Origin: a virus
Lineage: Duplodnaviria > Caudoviricetes
Virus record (IMG/VR): IMGVR_UViG_2915597211_000007
Coordinates: 4,560 to 68,559 of that record
DNA length: 64,000 nucleotides
Reading direction: 5' to 3' (one strand)
Positions 8,047-17,581 of this stretch are shown here, piece after piece. The notes below the pieces were generated by a model that did not search any database, was not told the origin of the DNA, and was given only the letters and a program-made list of their open reading frames with translations. Every line of letters begins with the position of its first letter. Position 1 is the first letter of the stretch. Position numbers and translations under genes: made by a program.

Positions 8047-9082
8047 TACTAGAACCTCCCTTCCGTCCTTTGCGTGCTTTTGGTTCCGCAGGCGGATCGT
8101 ACTCCATCGTAGGCAAATCGTCCGTAGCACTCAGCGAAACACTCATCGTATGGCTTCCGTTCGCGAACGTATGTGTATCCGTACTGACGTAATACGCGCC
8201 AGTAATTCCCGTCATCGATTCGCGTACATATACGGCAGCGCCCGCAACCACTTCCGGATTTCCCAGCGCGTCCACTCGTGCATCATCGTCAATCGTTCCG
8301 AGTTCTGCGAGTAGTTGTTTCGCGCGCTGTTCGACCTGCGACTTCGTCATATCGGCGTCAACGTTTTCGAGGTGCTGCATGAGGCCGAACCGCTTAATCA
8401 GCGCGTTGTCCTTTACCGTAGCGATAATCGGTTTCTTCTCCGGATCGCCTCCGATAACTTTCACTTGCGTCCGCATGTCTTCGATAGATTGCGAATAGGT
8501 TGCGGATGTGATATTGCACCCATTCTCGAGCACCCACCGCGCTACTACGTCCTTGCGTTCGGAGAGAAACAACTTCCCCTCGCGCGAGTAAATAAAAAAG
8601 CGCCTCCCCGTTTGCTTTCGCGAATAGGTTAGCGCTATCGTCATCATATCCCATATCGATTTGTCACGCAGAACTAGCTTGGGAATAACGTAGCCGGTTT
8701 CCGCAATGGTTCCGGTCGCGATTCTGAAATCGTTGCACAAACGTTTGATTATCGCGCTTGCCGTCATTCCCGTAAACTTGCGCGTATCAAAGTTGCGCGT
8801 CAGATACGTGTTCTCATCGTGCGCGGTCGTCGTCATCATGCCACGATGGTCAATCCGAAAATCAAAGATCACGCCACGGAACAATTCGCGTCCATCATAC
8901 ATTAAGCGCAACTCTTTTCCGTGCTCAATCTTCCGCGCCTGCGTCCTCCCGTCCGTTGTGTTGACGAATGAAACCGTTAGTTTACGCGACGCCTGCGTCA
9001 CATCACCGGACCACGTTGCGGACTGAACAAGTAGAGGTGCGCCATCGTATAGCACTTCAATAGATTTTGCGTCGTTTATCAT
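8036..9082 (-). CDS. Baseplate hub protein (XkdQ/YqbQ-like)
   Basis: TWSGD..QASRKL and YSQSIEDMRTQVKV motifs; probable ATG at 9082 (track 9166). Confidence 0.85.
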   Translation of the reverse strand: MINDAKSIEVLYDGAPLLVQSATWSGDVTQASRKLTVSFVNTTDGRTQARKIEHGKELRLMYDGRELFRGVIFDFRIDHRGMMTTTAHDENTYLTRNFDTRKFTGMTASAIIKRLCNDFRIATGTIAETGYVIPKLVLRDKSIWDMMTIALTYSRKQTGRRFFIYSREGKLFLSERKDVVARWVLENGCNITSATYSQSIEDMRTQVKVIGGDPEKKPIIATVKDNALIKRFGLMQHLENVDADMTKSQVEQRAKQLLAELGTIDDDARVDALGNPEVVAGAAVYVRESMTGITGAYYVSTDTHTFANGSHTMSVSLSATDDLPTMEYDPPAEPKARKGRKGGSSSVD

Positions 9083-9735
9083 ACTAGTGTCAACACCTGC
9101 CCCGGAAAAATGAGGTTCGGGTCCTTGCCGATCACCTTCGTATTCTTCGCGTAGATATCGCGCCATTTCAGGCCATAGCGTAAACCTATCTTCGTAAGGT
9201 TGTCGCCGGATTTGACCGTATACGTCTTCGGAATCTCGCGTGAAATATCGCTGGCGCGCGCTGACACTCCGCTGACTTTCGCCGCAACCGGAGTCATTTC
9301 GAGGCGCGACGTCTCAGCGAACTTGTACTCTTTCAGCGCGATATCGTAGTAAATATCGCCAGGACTTCCGGCGCGCTCCGGATCGATGTCGAAACTCCGG
9401 ATGGTCACCGGATAGGTACTCGGCGTGCCAGTAATAGTCAGGCGGATGGGCTTGCGCGTCGCGATCCAGCGTTCAATCGTTGCCACCGCATCCCATGGCG
9501 CGGGTATCGCCTCATATTCGCAATAGGACGAACTATAGTCGCGTGGGAAAACGGAGGAAAAAGAAAAGTCCCGCAATCTGGCGTCACCGATAACGGTGTA
9601 TTCGCCTAACTGCGAGACTGTTACGTCTTCGTACGAATGGGACGATTGTATGCGGATGGATGCGGGATTGACCGGGAGTTGTAAGCGCTCGGCTCCGCTA
9701 TTGTACGAGAGCCAAAATTGGATAGCGTTGGACAA
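9079..9735 (-). CDS. XkdP-like LysM-domain tail protein
   Basis: LQLPVNP N-terminus; C-terminal LysM YTVKSGDNL..I...IFPGQVL. Confidence 0.9.
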   Translation of the reverse strand: MSNAIQFWLSYNSGAERLQLPVNPASIRIQSSHSYEDVTVSQLGEYTVIGDARLRDFSFSSVFPRDYSSSYCEYEAIPAPWDAVATIERWIATRKPIRLTITGTPSTYPVTIRSFDIDPERAGSPGDIYYDIALKEYKFAETSRLEMTPVAAKVSGVSARASDISREIPKTYTVKSGDNLTKIGLRYGLKWRDIYAKNTKVIGKDPNLIFPGQVLTLV

Positions 9736-9754
9736 TCGCGCCACCTCCGTTTAA

Positions 9755-10357
9755 TTAGGGTTTCCATGGCCCGAGACTAGCTACGGCAGCGAATACTCCC
9801 TCAGAGTCGTATTTCAGATACGTCTTAAATGTTCCCGGCTTTTGTTCGTCGGGTGTGGTCGAGCCTTCAAAAACTTTCGCTAGAGTCTCGCTTTCATACT
9901 CAACTCCCTTTATGCCATCAGCAGAAAACTCCTTAGTCTGCTTTGCATCTATTGGGATATAATCTTTAATCATCCGCGCGGCTTCTTCTTCGGTACGGCG
10001 GTGATTAGTCGTGGATTCAAAAGATAGACGAACCTCGACCGCACGCTGGTCAACGAACATAGGTAATAAAAACCCATTCATGAAACTACCCATAGTTGCA
10101 TCCCCAGCATTATCTCCGTGGAATACGGTGTAATAAGTTAACGTGTCACCGAGGCCCGTACTTTTAGAGACTGTCACCATCTCAGGTTGTTTTTCCTCCT
10201 CTTCTGATTTTGAAGTATCTACTGACTTGACTTCTTTTGTGGACGTGGTCGGGGAGGGTGGTTCTGTTTTTACAGGTTCTGCCTCTTCTAGAGGAGCAGA
10301 GGAGCAAGCACCGAGAAGGATAGACGTAACAATAAACACACTCATAGACTTCTTCAC
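9755..10357 (-). CDS. Lipoprotein moron inside the tail operon
   Basis: MKK..., hydrophobic core, LGAC lipobox, P/E/T-rich linker; inserted between the tape measure and XkdP-like genes. Confidence 0.8.
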   Translation of the reverse strand: MKKSMSVFIVTSILLGACSSAPLEEAEPVKTEPPSPTTSTKEVKSVDTSKSEEEEKQPEMVTVSKSTGLGDTLTYYTVFHGDNAGDATMGSFMNGFLLPMFVDQRAVEVRLSFESTTNHRRTEEEAARMIKDYIPIDAKQTKEFSADGIKGVEYESETLAKVFEGSTTPDEQKPGTFKTYLKYDSEGVFAAVASLGPWKP

Positions 10358-10440
10358 TGTGTAAGACCTCCGTATAATCTAGTGTTATATGGGAATCTTA
10401 CCAGACTTATGTCTGCTTATCTACACTATTCCCATGCCCA

Positions 10441-12210
10441 CTAGTTCTGTAAAGCCGCGAGTTCACGGATCAAATGCTGAGTAATGCGCTCGATGTCCGC
10501 TTCCTCCCGTACTATAATTTGATCCGCAAGCTTAGCGACTGTAACACCACCTACTCCTCCTTCGTACTCTCGATTCTCTCGGGCTGTCAGTACTCTTTCG
10601 CCTTTATGGAGTTCCGTAGTAAGACCATCGCGGGGAACGTAGTCAAGGCCGTGGTACGCCTTCTTATCCGGTTTCTTTGGTGAGAGCCATTCCAGCACCT
10701 GATTGCTGGCCTTGTCACCAAAATTGAGCACAGGATTGGCGTTTAGGACCGCACTGCCCAGTACGCTGTTTTCCATCTCGCTTCGGATGCCCTGGGAGAC
10801 GCTCGTAGCAATTTGGGCCCCGATTGTAAGTCCGGCTTTTGCGATATCTAGCGCGTTTTCCTCAAGAAATGTACCGAAGTCTTTCGCGACCCTCGCTGCT
10901 CCGTCCTTGATCATCTGCTTTCCAGACGTGCTGTACCACTCATCGAAACGCCCCACCAGAGCATCCCAAAATGGTGTAGGTTTCATCGCTTGGGCGTCCA
11001 GCATTTCCGCCTGTTTAAACTTAAACTCCGCCTGCCCCGTAACTTCCCATTTCTGCGGATCATTAATATACGGGTCAATAAATTCGCGGATACTCCTGCC
11101 CATCTCTTCGAAAGTGGTCGTAATCGCCGGACCGTATTCCTCCGCAATGTCCGCGAAGTACAACGCAAGGTCCTTGATCACCGGAAGTAACGGCTGCAAC
11201 GCGGAAATCTGAACCGTCTCTATCGCGCCACTAAGTTGTTCCATCGCACCCTTAGCGTTGTCCATCTTTTTCTTCGCGACATCAAGCGCAGTCACCTTCG
11301 ACATCTCACGTTGAAAGTTACGGACACCCTCGGCACCTTCGTTAAACAAGATCGTCGCACCGCGAATCGCGTCCGATCCGAACATTTCGTATAACGCATC
11401 GCCACGCTCTTTCGGATTCAATTTCACGAGTGACTGTCGGAGAACATCGGTCACATCCGCAAGACTACGAAGTTCGCCCTTCGCGTTAAAGAACTGGTTG
11501 CTTCCGTTCTTCGTGATGATGCCGAGTTTCTTCATCAACGTGGCGGCCTTATCCGTTTTCGGCGAAAGGTTCGACAGCATCGTCTTCAACGACGTACCCG
11601 CGTCAGAACCCTTCAAACCGTTATTCGCGAACAATCCGAGCGCCGTATTCGTGTCCATGAACGATTGCCCCACGCCAGCCGCAACCGCAGACACCATCGA
11701 TAATGAGTACCGCAGTTCCATAACGCTCGTTGCGGAAGCATTCGCTGTCCCTGCGAGTATATCCGAAGCCTGAGCCGCTGTCATGGCGTCATTTTTATAC
11801 GCGTTCAGTGCGGTCGACATGATCTCGGATGCGTCCGCTAGTTCGAGTCCGCCCGCTGTTGCGAGGTTCAGCGCCGCTTCCAGTCCGCCTGCTTCGACTG
11901 CTGCTGGGGTTAGTCCGGCTTTGAGCAACTCTTCGATGCCCTGTGCGGCTTCCAACGCGGAGTATTTTGTATTCGCACCCATTTTCATCGCGAGATCGCT
12001 CATCCGTTTCATCTCGTCGTTTGTAGCGCCAGTTAACGCTTGAATCGTGGACATTTGCGCTTCGTAATCCATCGCTTTGTTAACTGATGAGAGTGCGAGT
12101 GCGGTAGTTCCTGCAACTGCTGCAAGCCCGCCGAGTCCGCCCACTACCTTTTTTAAAACGGAGGACGCCCCGTCTTTTAGCACAAGTCGTCCGACGAGGT
12201 TAAACGCCAT
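10441..12210 (-). CDS. Tape measure protein (TP901-type, short, 589 aa)
   Basis: KYSALEAAQGIEEL.KAG and G.KGSDAGTSLKTML motifs; position after the chaperone. Confidence 0.92.
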   Translation of the reverse strand: MAFNLVGRLVLKDGASSVLKKVVGGLGGLAAVAGTTALALSSVNKAMDYEAQMSTIQALTGATNDEMKRMSDLAMKMGANTKYSALEAAQGIEELLKAGLTPAAVEAGGLEAALNLATAGGLELADASEIMSTALNAYKNDAMTAAQASDILAGTANASATSVMELRYSLSMVSAVAAGVGQSFMDTNTALGLFANNGLKGSDAGTSLKTMLSNLSPKTDKAATLMKKLGIITKNGSNQFFNAKGELRSLADVTDVLRQSLVKLNPKERGDALYEMFGSDAIRGATILFNEGAEGVRNFQREMSKVTALDVAKKKMDNAKGAMEQLSGAIETVQISALQPLLPVIKDLALYFADIAEEYGPAITTTFEEMGRSIREFIDPYINDPQKWEVTGQAEFKFKQAEMLDAQAMKPTPFWDALVGRFDEWYSTSGKQMIKDGAARVAKDFGTFLEENALDIAKAGLTIGAQIATSVSQGIRSEMENSVLGSAVLNANPVLNFGDKASNQVLEWLSPKKPDKKAYHGLDYVPRDGLTTELHKGERVLTARENREYEGGVGGVTVAKLADQIIVREEADIERITQHLIRELAALQN

Positions 12211-12405
12211 CTATCGTCGCCTCCTTCCTTGTGGAGTCGCTTCCGCTTGCTTACGTTTAGCTTCTTCTTCTTCGAGAAGTAACGACATACTCGCGTACAT
12301 GAGGCGTTTTGAACCGTAAGGTGCGTTGTATATTTCGTGCGGCATGCGGCCGGTGCGTTGAAAAATCTCGTGGAGTAGGAACGCCTCGCCGCCGCCGCGG
12401 ATTAG
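12211..12405 (-). CDS. -1 frameshift extension of the tail assembly chaperone
   Basis: Slippery A AAA AAC (12405-12411) just before TAA; -1 frame open LIRGGGEAFLLHEIFQRTGRMPHE...RRRR, stopping next to the tape measure start. Confidence 0.75.
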   Translation of the reverse strand, partial: LIRGGGEAFLLHEIFQRTGRMPHEIYNAPYGSKRLMYASMSLLLEEEEAKRKQAEATPQGRRRR

Positions 12406-12788
12406 TTTTTTAGGTCGTCGAGGTCAGTGCCGTATCCGGAAAGCTTCGAAATCTCCTCGGATAATCGCATAATTTCGCCCGGCAAAAGTCGCTTTCCAAC
12501 CGCCTCTACCGCGTCAGACACGCCCAATCCGGACAAAAGGCGAGGGTCATTCCAATCGGGACTAACGCAGCCTTTCGCGATAAGTAGTTTTCTGAACTTA
12601 TCTTCGTCAAGCGTCTCGCCTTTTTTGGTCGGGTACGTTGACTGTTCCAGCACACGTTTCCGTTCTGTTTCGTCAAATGCACGAATGCGGAAAGTCGCCT
12701 CGGGTCCGAAACGCTTCATAAGAATCTCCTTCTCGGGCTTGAACTCCGTATCAAGTAATGCCTGCAATAAGTCGAACTGTTTTTCCAT
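12402..12788 (-). CDS. Tail assembly chaperone (XkdN-like)
   Basis: LIAKGCVSPDWND..L and LLPGEI..LSEEI.KLSG motifs. Confidence 0.85.
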   Translation of the reverse strand: MEKQFDLLQALLDTEFKPEKEILMKRFGPEATFRIRAFDETERKRVLEQSTYPTKKGETLDEDKFRKLLIAKGCVSPDWNDPRLLSGLGVSDAVEAVGKRLLPGEIMRLSEEISKLSGYGTDLDDLKN

Positions 12789-12826
12789 GTATAAATCCTC
12801 CGATCAGTCGGTTATTTTCAAAATTG

Positions 12827-12850
12827 AAAAAGGACGACCGAAGTCGCCCC
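12827..12850 (-). terminator. Intrinsic terminator after the tail tube gene
   Basis: GGGGCGAC-TTCG-GTCGTCC-TTTTT. Confidence 0.75.
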
Positions 12851-12854
12851 GTAG

Positions 12855-13295
12855 TTAGTTCGCTGTAATTGGGTTTAGCCACTCAGGACCGTCATAGAGA
12901 AACGGCCATTCCTCCTCGACGATAGAGCCGTGTTCGAACTTAATCACGTCTATTTTATTGAACTGGACGCCTTTCAGTCGTACGCGTTCGTAACCATACG
13001 CTTCCGGATCGTCCAATTTCACGATAATCTCGCAGACGAACGCGCCCTTCCGATCATCCAGAACTTGCGCTACTTTGCGCGCCAAGTCGGACGTTACCTT
13101 GTAGCCGGATATCGTACCGTTGTACTCAAGACCGACGACTTTGTTCCCGTCCGCACGTTTACCAGAACGCTTAATCTTTTCGTACTGGATGTCGACGGTA
13201 GCCTCGCAAGTATGGAAGTTACTCAGCCACTCGCCATCCATCCATATCTCGCCATATTTTCCGCTAATTGCGCGAGTAGAATCTAATACGGGCAT
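12855..13295 (-). CDS. Tail tube protein (XkdM-like)
   Basis: ISGKYGEIW.DGE and KLDDPEAYGYERVRL..V.F motifs. Confidence 0.92.
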   Translation of the reverse strand: MPVLDSTRAISGKYGEIWMDGEWLSNFHTCEATVDIQYEKIKRSGKRADGNKVVGLEYNGTISGYKVTSDLARKVAQVLDDRKGAFVCEIIVKLDDPEAYGYERVRLKGVQFNKIDVIKFEHGSIVEEEWPFLYDGPEWLNPITAN

Positions 13296-13311
13296 TTATA
13301 CTCCACCGTCC

Positions 13312-14361
13312 TTATACGTTAATGGTCAGGAAAATCCGCTCGATACTGTCGACATGCGCAAATGAGATCAGCAGGAACACGGAGTCCCCAGCCGAAGGGA
13401 TTTCGGGGTCGAGCGCTACAACAGGCCCCATGATCACGTTGCTCGCCTCAAGCCGCTCCAGGTACGCCTTAATCGCGGATATAAGCGCCGCCTGCCCGTC
13501 CGGATTATTGTCGATTTTGCCGATATAGGCGTCCGCAGCCGTCGTCGTAATATCGGTCGCGATCGCTTGACGTGCGCGAATCACGCGGATTTTCTCGCCG
13601 GACGTCATCAGCCCTTGCACGACTTTGACTTTCTCACCGTCGTTCACGAGAATAAGCGATCCCGCCGTAAGTGCTGCGCGAATCTGCGTCGGTGTCAGGC
13701 GTTTGTTCACGTCATCAAGCGCAACCTGTGCGTACGTGATCGACCGGTTGATCGCTGTGCCTGCGATAAGTCCCGCCATGTACGGCGCGAACTCCGCGGA
13801 CGTGTACGAGGTTCCGCTCAACTTTCCACCGACGATCAGATTCGCGATGTAATCGTGTTTCAAACGTGTTGACCGCGCGTTGCCGACCGCTGGATCGGCG
13901 TCTTCTTCCGCTGTACCTCCGAAAACTACTGCGAAATGCTTACCCTCCGTACGATTCCTCTCGACCCACACTTTCGTCAGGTCTTGTTCGGTCGATATCG
14001 CTTCTTGATCGAAGACGAAAACGTTGAACGAACGAGAATCGAAGGCATCGCGCATGTCAACGTAATCGGCCGGTGCTGGCGTTGTGGGCATCGTATAAAC
14101 GAGTACCTCTTTCGCGCCGCCCATAAGGGCCAGCCGAATAGACGCGATATTCGTGGCACCGAACAAGTGTTGCGCTTCTTTTTCTTTACTCACTGTGTAA
14201 AACTGTTTGGCTGTCGCTTTGGCTCCGTATTTTAACAACGGAATCGCGACCGTACCTCTCGTGCCACCTCTGATTGCCGCTGCCGCTGCCTCAACGAAAT
14301 TGAGGTATAGGCCGGGTTCAATCGGAAGGCTTGTCGGGTCCCACCCGCCACCTGATGCCAT
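13312..14361 (-). CDS. Tail sheath protein (XkdK-like)
   Basis: PGLYLNF, AGLIAG...NRSITY and KIRVIR motifs; probable ATG at 14361. Confidence 0.9.
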   Translation of the reverse strand: MASGGGWDPTSLPIEPGLYLNFVEAAAAAIRGGTRGTVAIPLLKYGAKATAKQFYTVSKEKEAQHLFGATNIASIRLALMGGAKEVLVYTMPTTPAPADYVDMRDAFDSRSFNVFVFDQEAISTEQDLTKVWVERNRTEGKHFAVVFGGTAEEDADPAVGNARSTRLKHDYIANLIVGGKLSGTSYTSAEFAPYMAGLIAGTAINRSITYAQVALDDVNKRLTPTQIRAALTAGSLILVNDGEKVKVVQGLMTSGEKIRVIRARQAIATDITTTAADAYIGKIDNNPDGQAALISAIKAYLERLEASNVIMGPVVALDPEIPSAGDSVFLLISFAHVDSIERIFLTINV

Positions 14362-14387
14362 CAAACATTCCTCCTCTTTTGCAAAAT

Positions 14388-14411
14388 AAAAAGGCCGGGT
14401 TTTCACCCGAC
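14388..14411 (-). terminator. Intrinsic terminator before the sheath gene
   Basis: GGTCGGGT-GAA-ACCCGGCC-TTTTT. Confidence 0.7.
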
Positions 14412-14861
14412 CGGAATCCGCAACTCATAGCGCGGATAAACGTGCATGATCTTGTCGTATTGTTCTTGCGTTCTCGCCTCACGAACCTCCGTTTGCAGCA
14501 CGCCGACACACGCCCACAACCCGCTCTCCGTCCGCAATGCTTGCGTAAAGTTGAATCCATCCGTCCGGATATACCGCAAGGTTCCTGCAATCGGAATCAT
14601 CGTCGTCTTGTCATTAACCTTGCGCGCAATTGCGTCCATTTTCGTAGTAACTAACGGAGAATCCGCGCCGTACGTAATGATTTGATACGTTCGGTCAATC
14701 CGGTAGTGGTATCGCGTCTCGGATTCGTAATCGTTCGTCTGAATCCGTACCACAAGCGTGTCTTTCGTTGCCTGCGAAGGCACTTCGTATTTCAACGCCG
14801 CATCGGAGACAACCGCCTTAACAAACGCCCCGACCGATTCGAGTTCGTTCTGTGCCGCCAT
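14403..14861 (-). CDS. Putative tail terminator/completion protein
   Basis: Size and synteny before the sheath gene. Confidence 0.6.
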   Translation of the reverse strand: MAAQNELESVGAFVKAVVSDAALKYEVPSQATKDTLVVRIQTNDYESETRYHYRIDRTYQIITYGADSPLVTTKMDAIARKVNDKTTMIPIAGTLRYIRTDGFNFTQALRTESGLWACVGVLQTEVREARTQEQYDKIMHVYPRYELRIPVG

Positions 14862-15347
14862 CTATCTCACCTCGTATCCAGCCGCACGCATCTCCGCTTT
14901 GATCTCGTCTTCGATCATCTGTACCCACCGCGCCTTATTCTCTTCCGCTGGCTTGTCAAGGAATCGCGGAATCGTGCCGGGTGTGGTCGGGTTTTGAAAG
15001 GAGTCCCCGTACTTTTCCGGATAAATCTCGTGGATATAATGCGCGTAGTCGAACCGCCCGCTCCCCGTCATCTCAACGGCAGACACCGATATCCCACCGC
15101 GCACATTCAAGTCCTGCCCGGAAACTTCCGTCTGAATTCCGCGCCTCAGTGTTCCACCGCCTTTGCTTAACGGAGCCAGTTCGGTCGACTCGCGCTTCCA
15201 TTCGTCGAGGACATCGTTCAGTCCGTTACGAGCCCCGCGCGCCATCGTTTCGTTGATCCTGCGTCTATACCTTGGCAACAACGAGGCGAGGCGCTGGCGG
15301 ATCGAACGGTAATCGCTCAAATCAATATCAAAATCATAGCGTGCCAT
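14862..15347 (-). CDS. HK97 gp10-like neck protein
   Basis: ELAP...GTLRRGI and YAHYIHE motifs. Confidence 0.7.
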   Translation of the reverse strand: MARYDFDIDLSDYRSIRQRLASLLPRYRRRINETMARGARNGLNDVLDEWKRESTELAPLSKGGGTLRRGIQTEVSGQDLNVRGGISVSAVEMTGSGRFDYAHYIHEIYPEKYGDSFQNPTTPGTIPRFLDKPAEENKARWVQMIEDEIKAEMRAAGYEVR

Positions 15348-15357
15348 CGCGCACCTC

Positions 15358-15738
15358 CTATACGTCCACTACCGTTATCAGCGACTTTCCGTTAAGCCAC
15401 GGTTTCACTGCGATATTCAACGGCCTGTATTCGAGTTTATTGCCGTTATCGTCAATGTACGTGAGCTTATCGTAGTAGCCGATATTCGGGTGCTTATCGA
15501 AAATAAACGCGCCAACCGAAACGACTTCCTGCGCGGTAACACCGTGGACACCGCCCGTTCCCGTTGCCGACCGGACGAGCTTCGTCCCTTGCGAAAATCG
15601 GCATCTCCGCGTAAATGGGTCGCCAGTAATTGGGCGGTCCCATTCGTCAGTCATCGGATTGCCGTCGCCATCGCGCAGGACTGGCGTTACGGTTACGCGT
15701 TGTTTCAACGGGATAATCGCCATTACAGCACGCTCCAT
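15358..15738 (-). CDS. Head closure/adaptor protein
   Basis: DEWDRPITG motif; synteny. Confidence 0.6.
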   Translation of the reverse strand: MERAVMAIIPLKQRVTVTPVLRDGDGNPMTDEWDRPITGDPFTRRCRFSQGTKLVRSATGTGGVHGVTAQEVVSVGAFIFDKHPNIGYYDKLTYIDDNGNKLEYRPLNIAVKPWLNGKSLITVVDV

Positions 15739-16118
15739 CCTATGCGTCGTTTCGATGGCTTCGGGAGTTCTCCGTTTGCTGGGTCGTCTCCGAGCAAGTC
15801 GATCGCCGTTTCCGGAATTAACTCAGCGAGTTCTTTCGGTCCATAACGAAATGTAAACGAAGCCACGCCGGACAGCGAGAACGCCTGGACACCTTGTTGC
15901 GCCAACTTATTCGTATCGTTGAATACGGTCGCGAACACTGCCGCCGTTTCGTAAACCGCCGCGTCAGGTATCGTATACTTCGGAAACTTGACCGTTAGCG
16001 TGCGAGAGGCGACGTTTAACAATCGTGTTTTACTCGCTTCGTCCGCGTCCGCCCAGTCTTCGGTTACGATTACCCATTGCGCGATGTATGCGTCAGCTTC
16101 CGTAATGTTTACCGCCAT
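15723..16118 (-). CDS. Head-tail connector protein
   Basis: EADAYI...W..A...K..LL..A motif; synteny after the capsid gene. Confidence 0.65.
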   Translation of the reverse strand: MAVNITEADAYIAQWVIVTEDWADADEASKTRLLNVASRTLTVKFPKYTIPDAAVYETAAVFATVFNDTNKLAQQGVQAFSLSGVASFTFRYGPKELAELIPETAIDLLGDDPANGELPKPSKRRIGWSVL

Positions 16119-16138
16119 GTGCGTATCCCTCCGTTTCG

Positions 16139-16369
16139 TTACTTTGCGGAGGGTTTACGCGCTGACTTTGCGGGCGCTTCCGGCTCCTCCGTTTTTGGTT
16201 CGGGCTTTTCGGATTCCACCGTTTGACCTACGCGCTCAACATCGACGAGCGTATTGAGCACGGAAATGACTTCGGGATCATCTGTTACGAATCGACCGTT
16301 TTGAAATTGAAAGCGAATGTCGTTGACATAGAAGCCTAGTTCCAAGAATCTGGATTTGTATTCAGTCAC
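16139..16369 (-). CDS. Small head-associated hypothetical protein
   Basis: ORF with SD after the capsid gene; charged, low-complexity tail. Confidence 0.6.
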   Translation of the reverse strand: MTEYKSRFLELGFYVNDIRFQFQNGRFVTDDPEVISVLNTLVDVERVGQTVESEKPEPKTEEPEAPAKSARKPSAK

Positions 16370-16385
16370 ATAACCACCTCATTAG

Positions 16386-16413
16386 AAAAGCCCGTAATCA
16401 AGAGACTACGGGC
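16386..16413 (-). terminator. Intrinsic terminator after the major capsid gene
   Basis: GCCCGTAG...TTACGGGC followed by TTTT. Confidence 0.6.
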
Positions 16414-16428
16414 AGTTTTTTGTATAGA

Positions 16429-17517
16429 TTAGGACAGACCTTTCAGACGACCGTGGGCCTTCTCCTGGCGGAACTCCAACGTGTATTCGCCGACGATCAT
16501 ACCTGTTGTATAGTCACCTTTCTGCCCAAGGAAAGTATGTCCGAAGTCACGCGAATTCAATGGCTTGATCGCCATGCGGTTTGCGTCAACCAGGAACAAC
16601 TCATCGCCAGCCACGTTGTTGTTCAAAACAATCTCGAATTGACCGAAATCAGTTACGATCATGTCGACTTTTTGTCCACGGGTATTTTCCGCGCGAGTCA
16701 ACTGGATTTTATTGGAGTCCGTCGCGCTCAAAGCCATCTTTTGCTTCGCACCGACAATGATCTTGTAATCTCCGCCGGTTGCGAACCCACCCTTGTCGTA
16801 GATTTTTTGTGCCAAAGCGTTGATTTTAGTAGTGTCGACAGCACCACCAGAGTTATCAACGTTGGTTACGATCAGAGAACGGATACCCGCCATCTGACGC
16901 ACCTGACCGCTTTCGTACTTCACACCGTTAATCAGCGCCTTTTCGAGTTGCAGCGCGAGCTCCAATTGTTTCTTCTGTTTCTCGTACTCGTACAGGTCGT
17001 CGATTCCGTATTGTGTCACCGCTTGTGCCGTACCGGAGATTTCGATAGAGTCATCAAAGATTTGTGTTAGATTAGACTTACGGCTACGCGCTTTGTAGCG
17101 CGCTGCACGAGCATCTGCGCCCTCTGTACCCTCAACGAACATTACCTCGATTTTGGCGCCATCTGCGATTGCTGCAGCTGTTGTGCTTGCGTATCCACGG
17201 GATACAGTCAACGTCTTTGTTCCGGCATTCACCGCAGTTACGAGCAAGAGCTCCTCACCAATCTTAACGACTTGACTAGCACGGAAAGGCTCTGCATCCG
17301 TTACTACAACCGCAGTATCCGCGTTTGTCTTGGCACCGTTTACTGTAGATTCATCGTTAAACATTTCATCCTCAAACCACACATGCTCTACTTGTGATAC
17401 TGGCTGAGAAAAACCGAGCATGTTGATCAATGGGGTTTGGTGTGGATTGAGCAACAAGATTTGATCAACTACCGATTCGCGTTTGCCGATAAGCGAAGAA
17501 TTATAAATTTTTGCCAT
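16429..17517 (-). CDS. Major capsid protein (DUF5309/SU10-like)
   Basis: HVWFEDE, N.TQIF...I.ISGT and GEYTLE motifs. Confidence 0.9.
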   Translation of the reverse strand: MAKIYNSSLIGKRESVVDQILLLNPHQTPLINMLGFSQPVSQVEHVWFEDEMFNDESTVNGAKTNADTAVVVTDAEPFRASQVVKIGEELLLVTAVNAGTKTLTVSRGYASTTAAAIADGAKIEVMFVEGTEGADARAARYKARSRKSNLTQIFDDSIEISGTAQAVTQYGIDDLYEYEKQKKQLELALQLEKALINGVKYESGQVRQMAGIRSLIVTNVDNSGGAVDTTKINALAQKIYDKGGFATGGDYKIIVGAKQKMALSATDSNKIQLTRAENTRGQKVDMIVTDFGQFEIVLNNNVAGDELFLVDANRMAIKPLNSRDFGHTFLGQKGDYTTGMIVGEYTLEFRQEKAHGRLKGLS

Positions 17518-17551
17518 TAGTTAATTGCCCCCTAGTATCGTTATTGGAAAT

Positions 17552-17579
17552 GAAAAAAGACGACCCAAAATGAGCCGCC
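17552..17579 (-). terminator. Intrinsic terminator between scaffold and capsid genes
   Basis: GGCGGCTC-ATTTT-GGGTCGTC-TTTTTTT. Confidence 0.65.
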
Positions 17580-17581
17580 TT

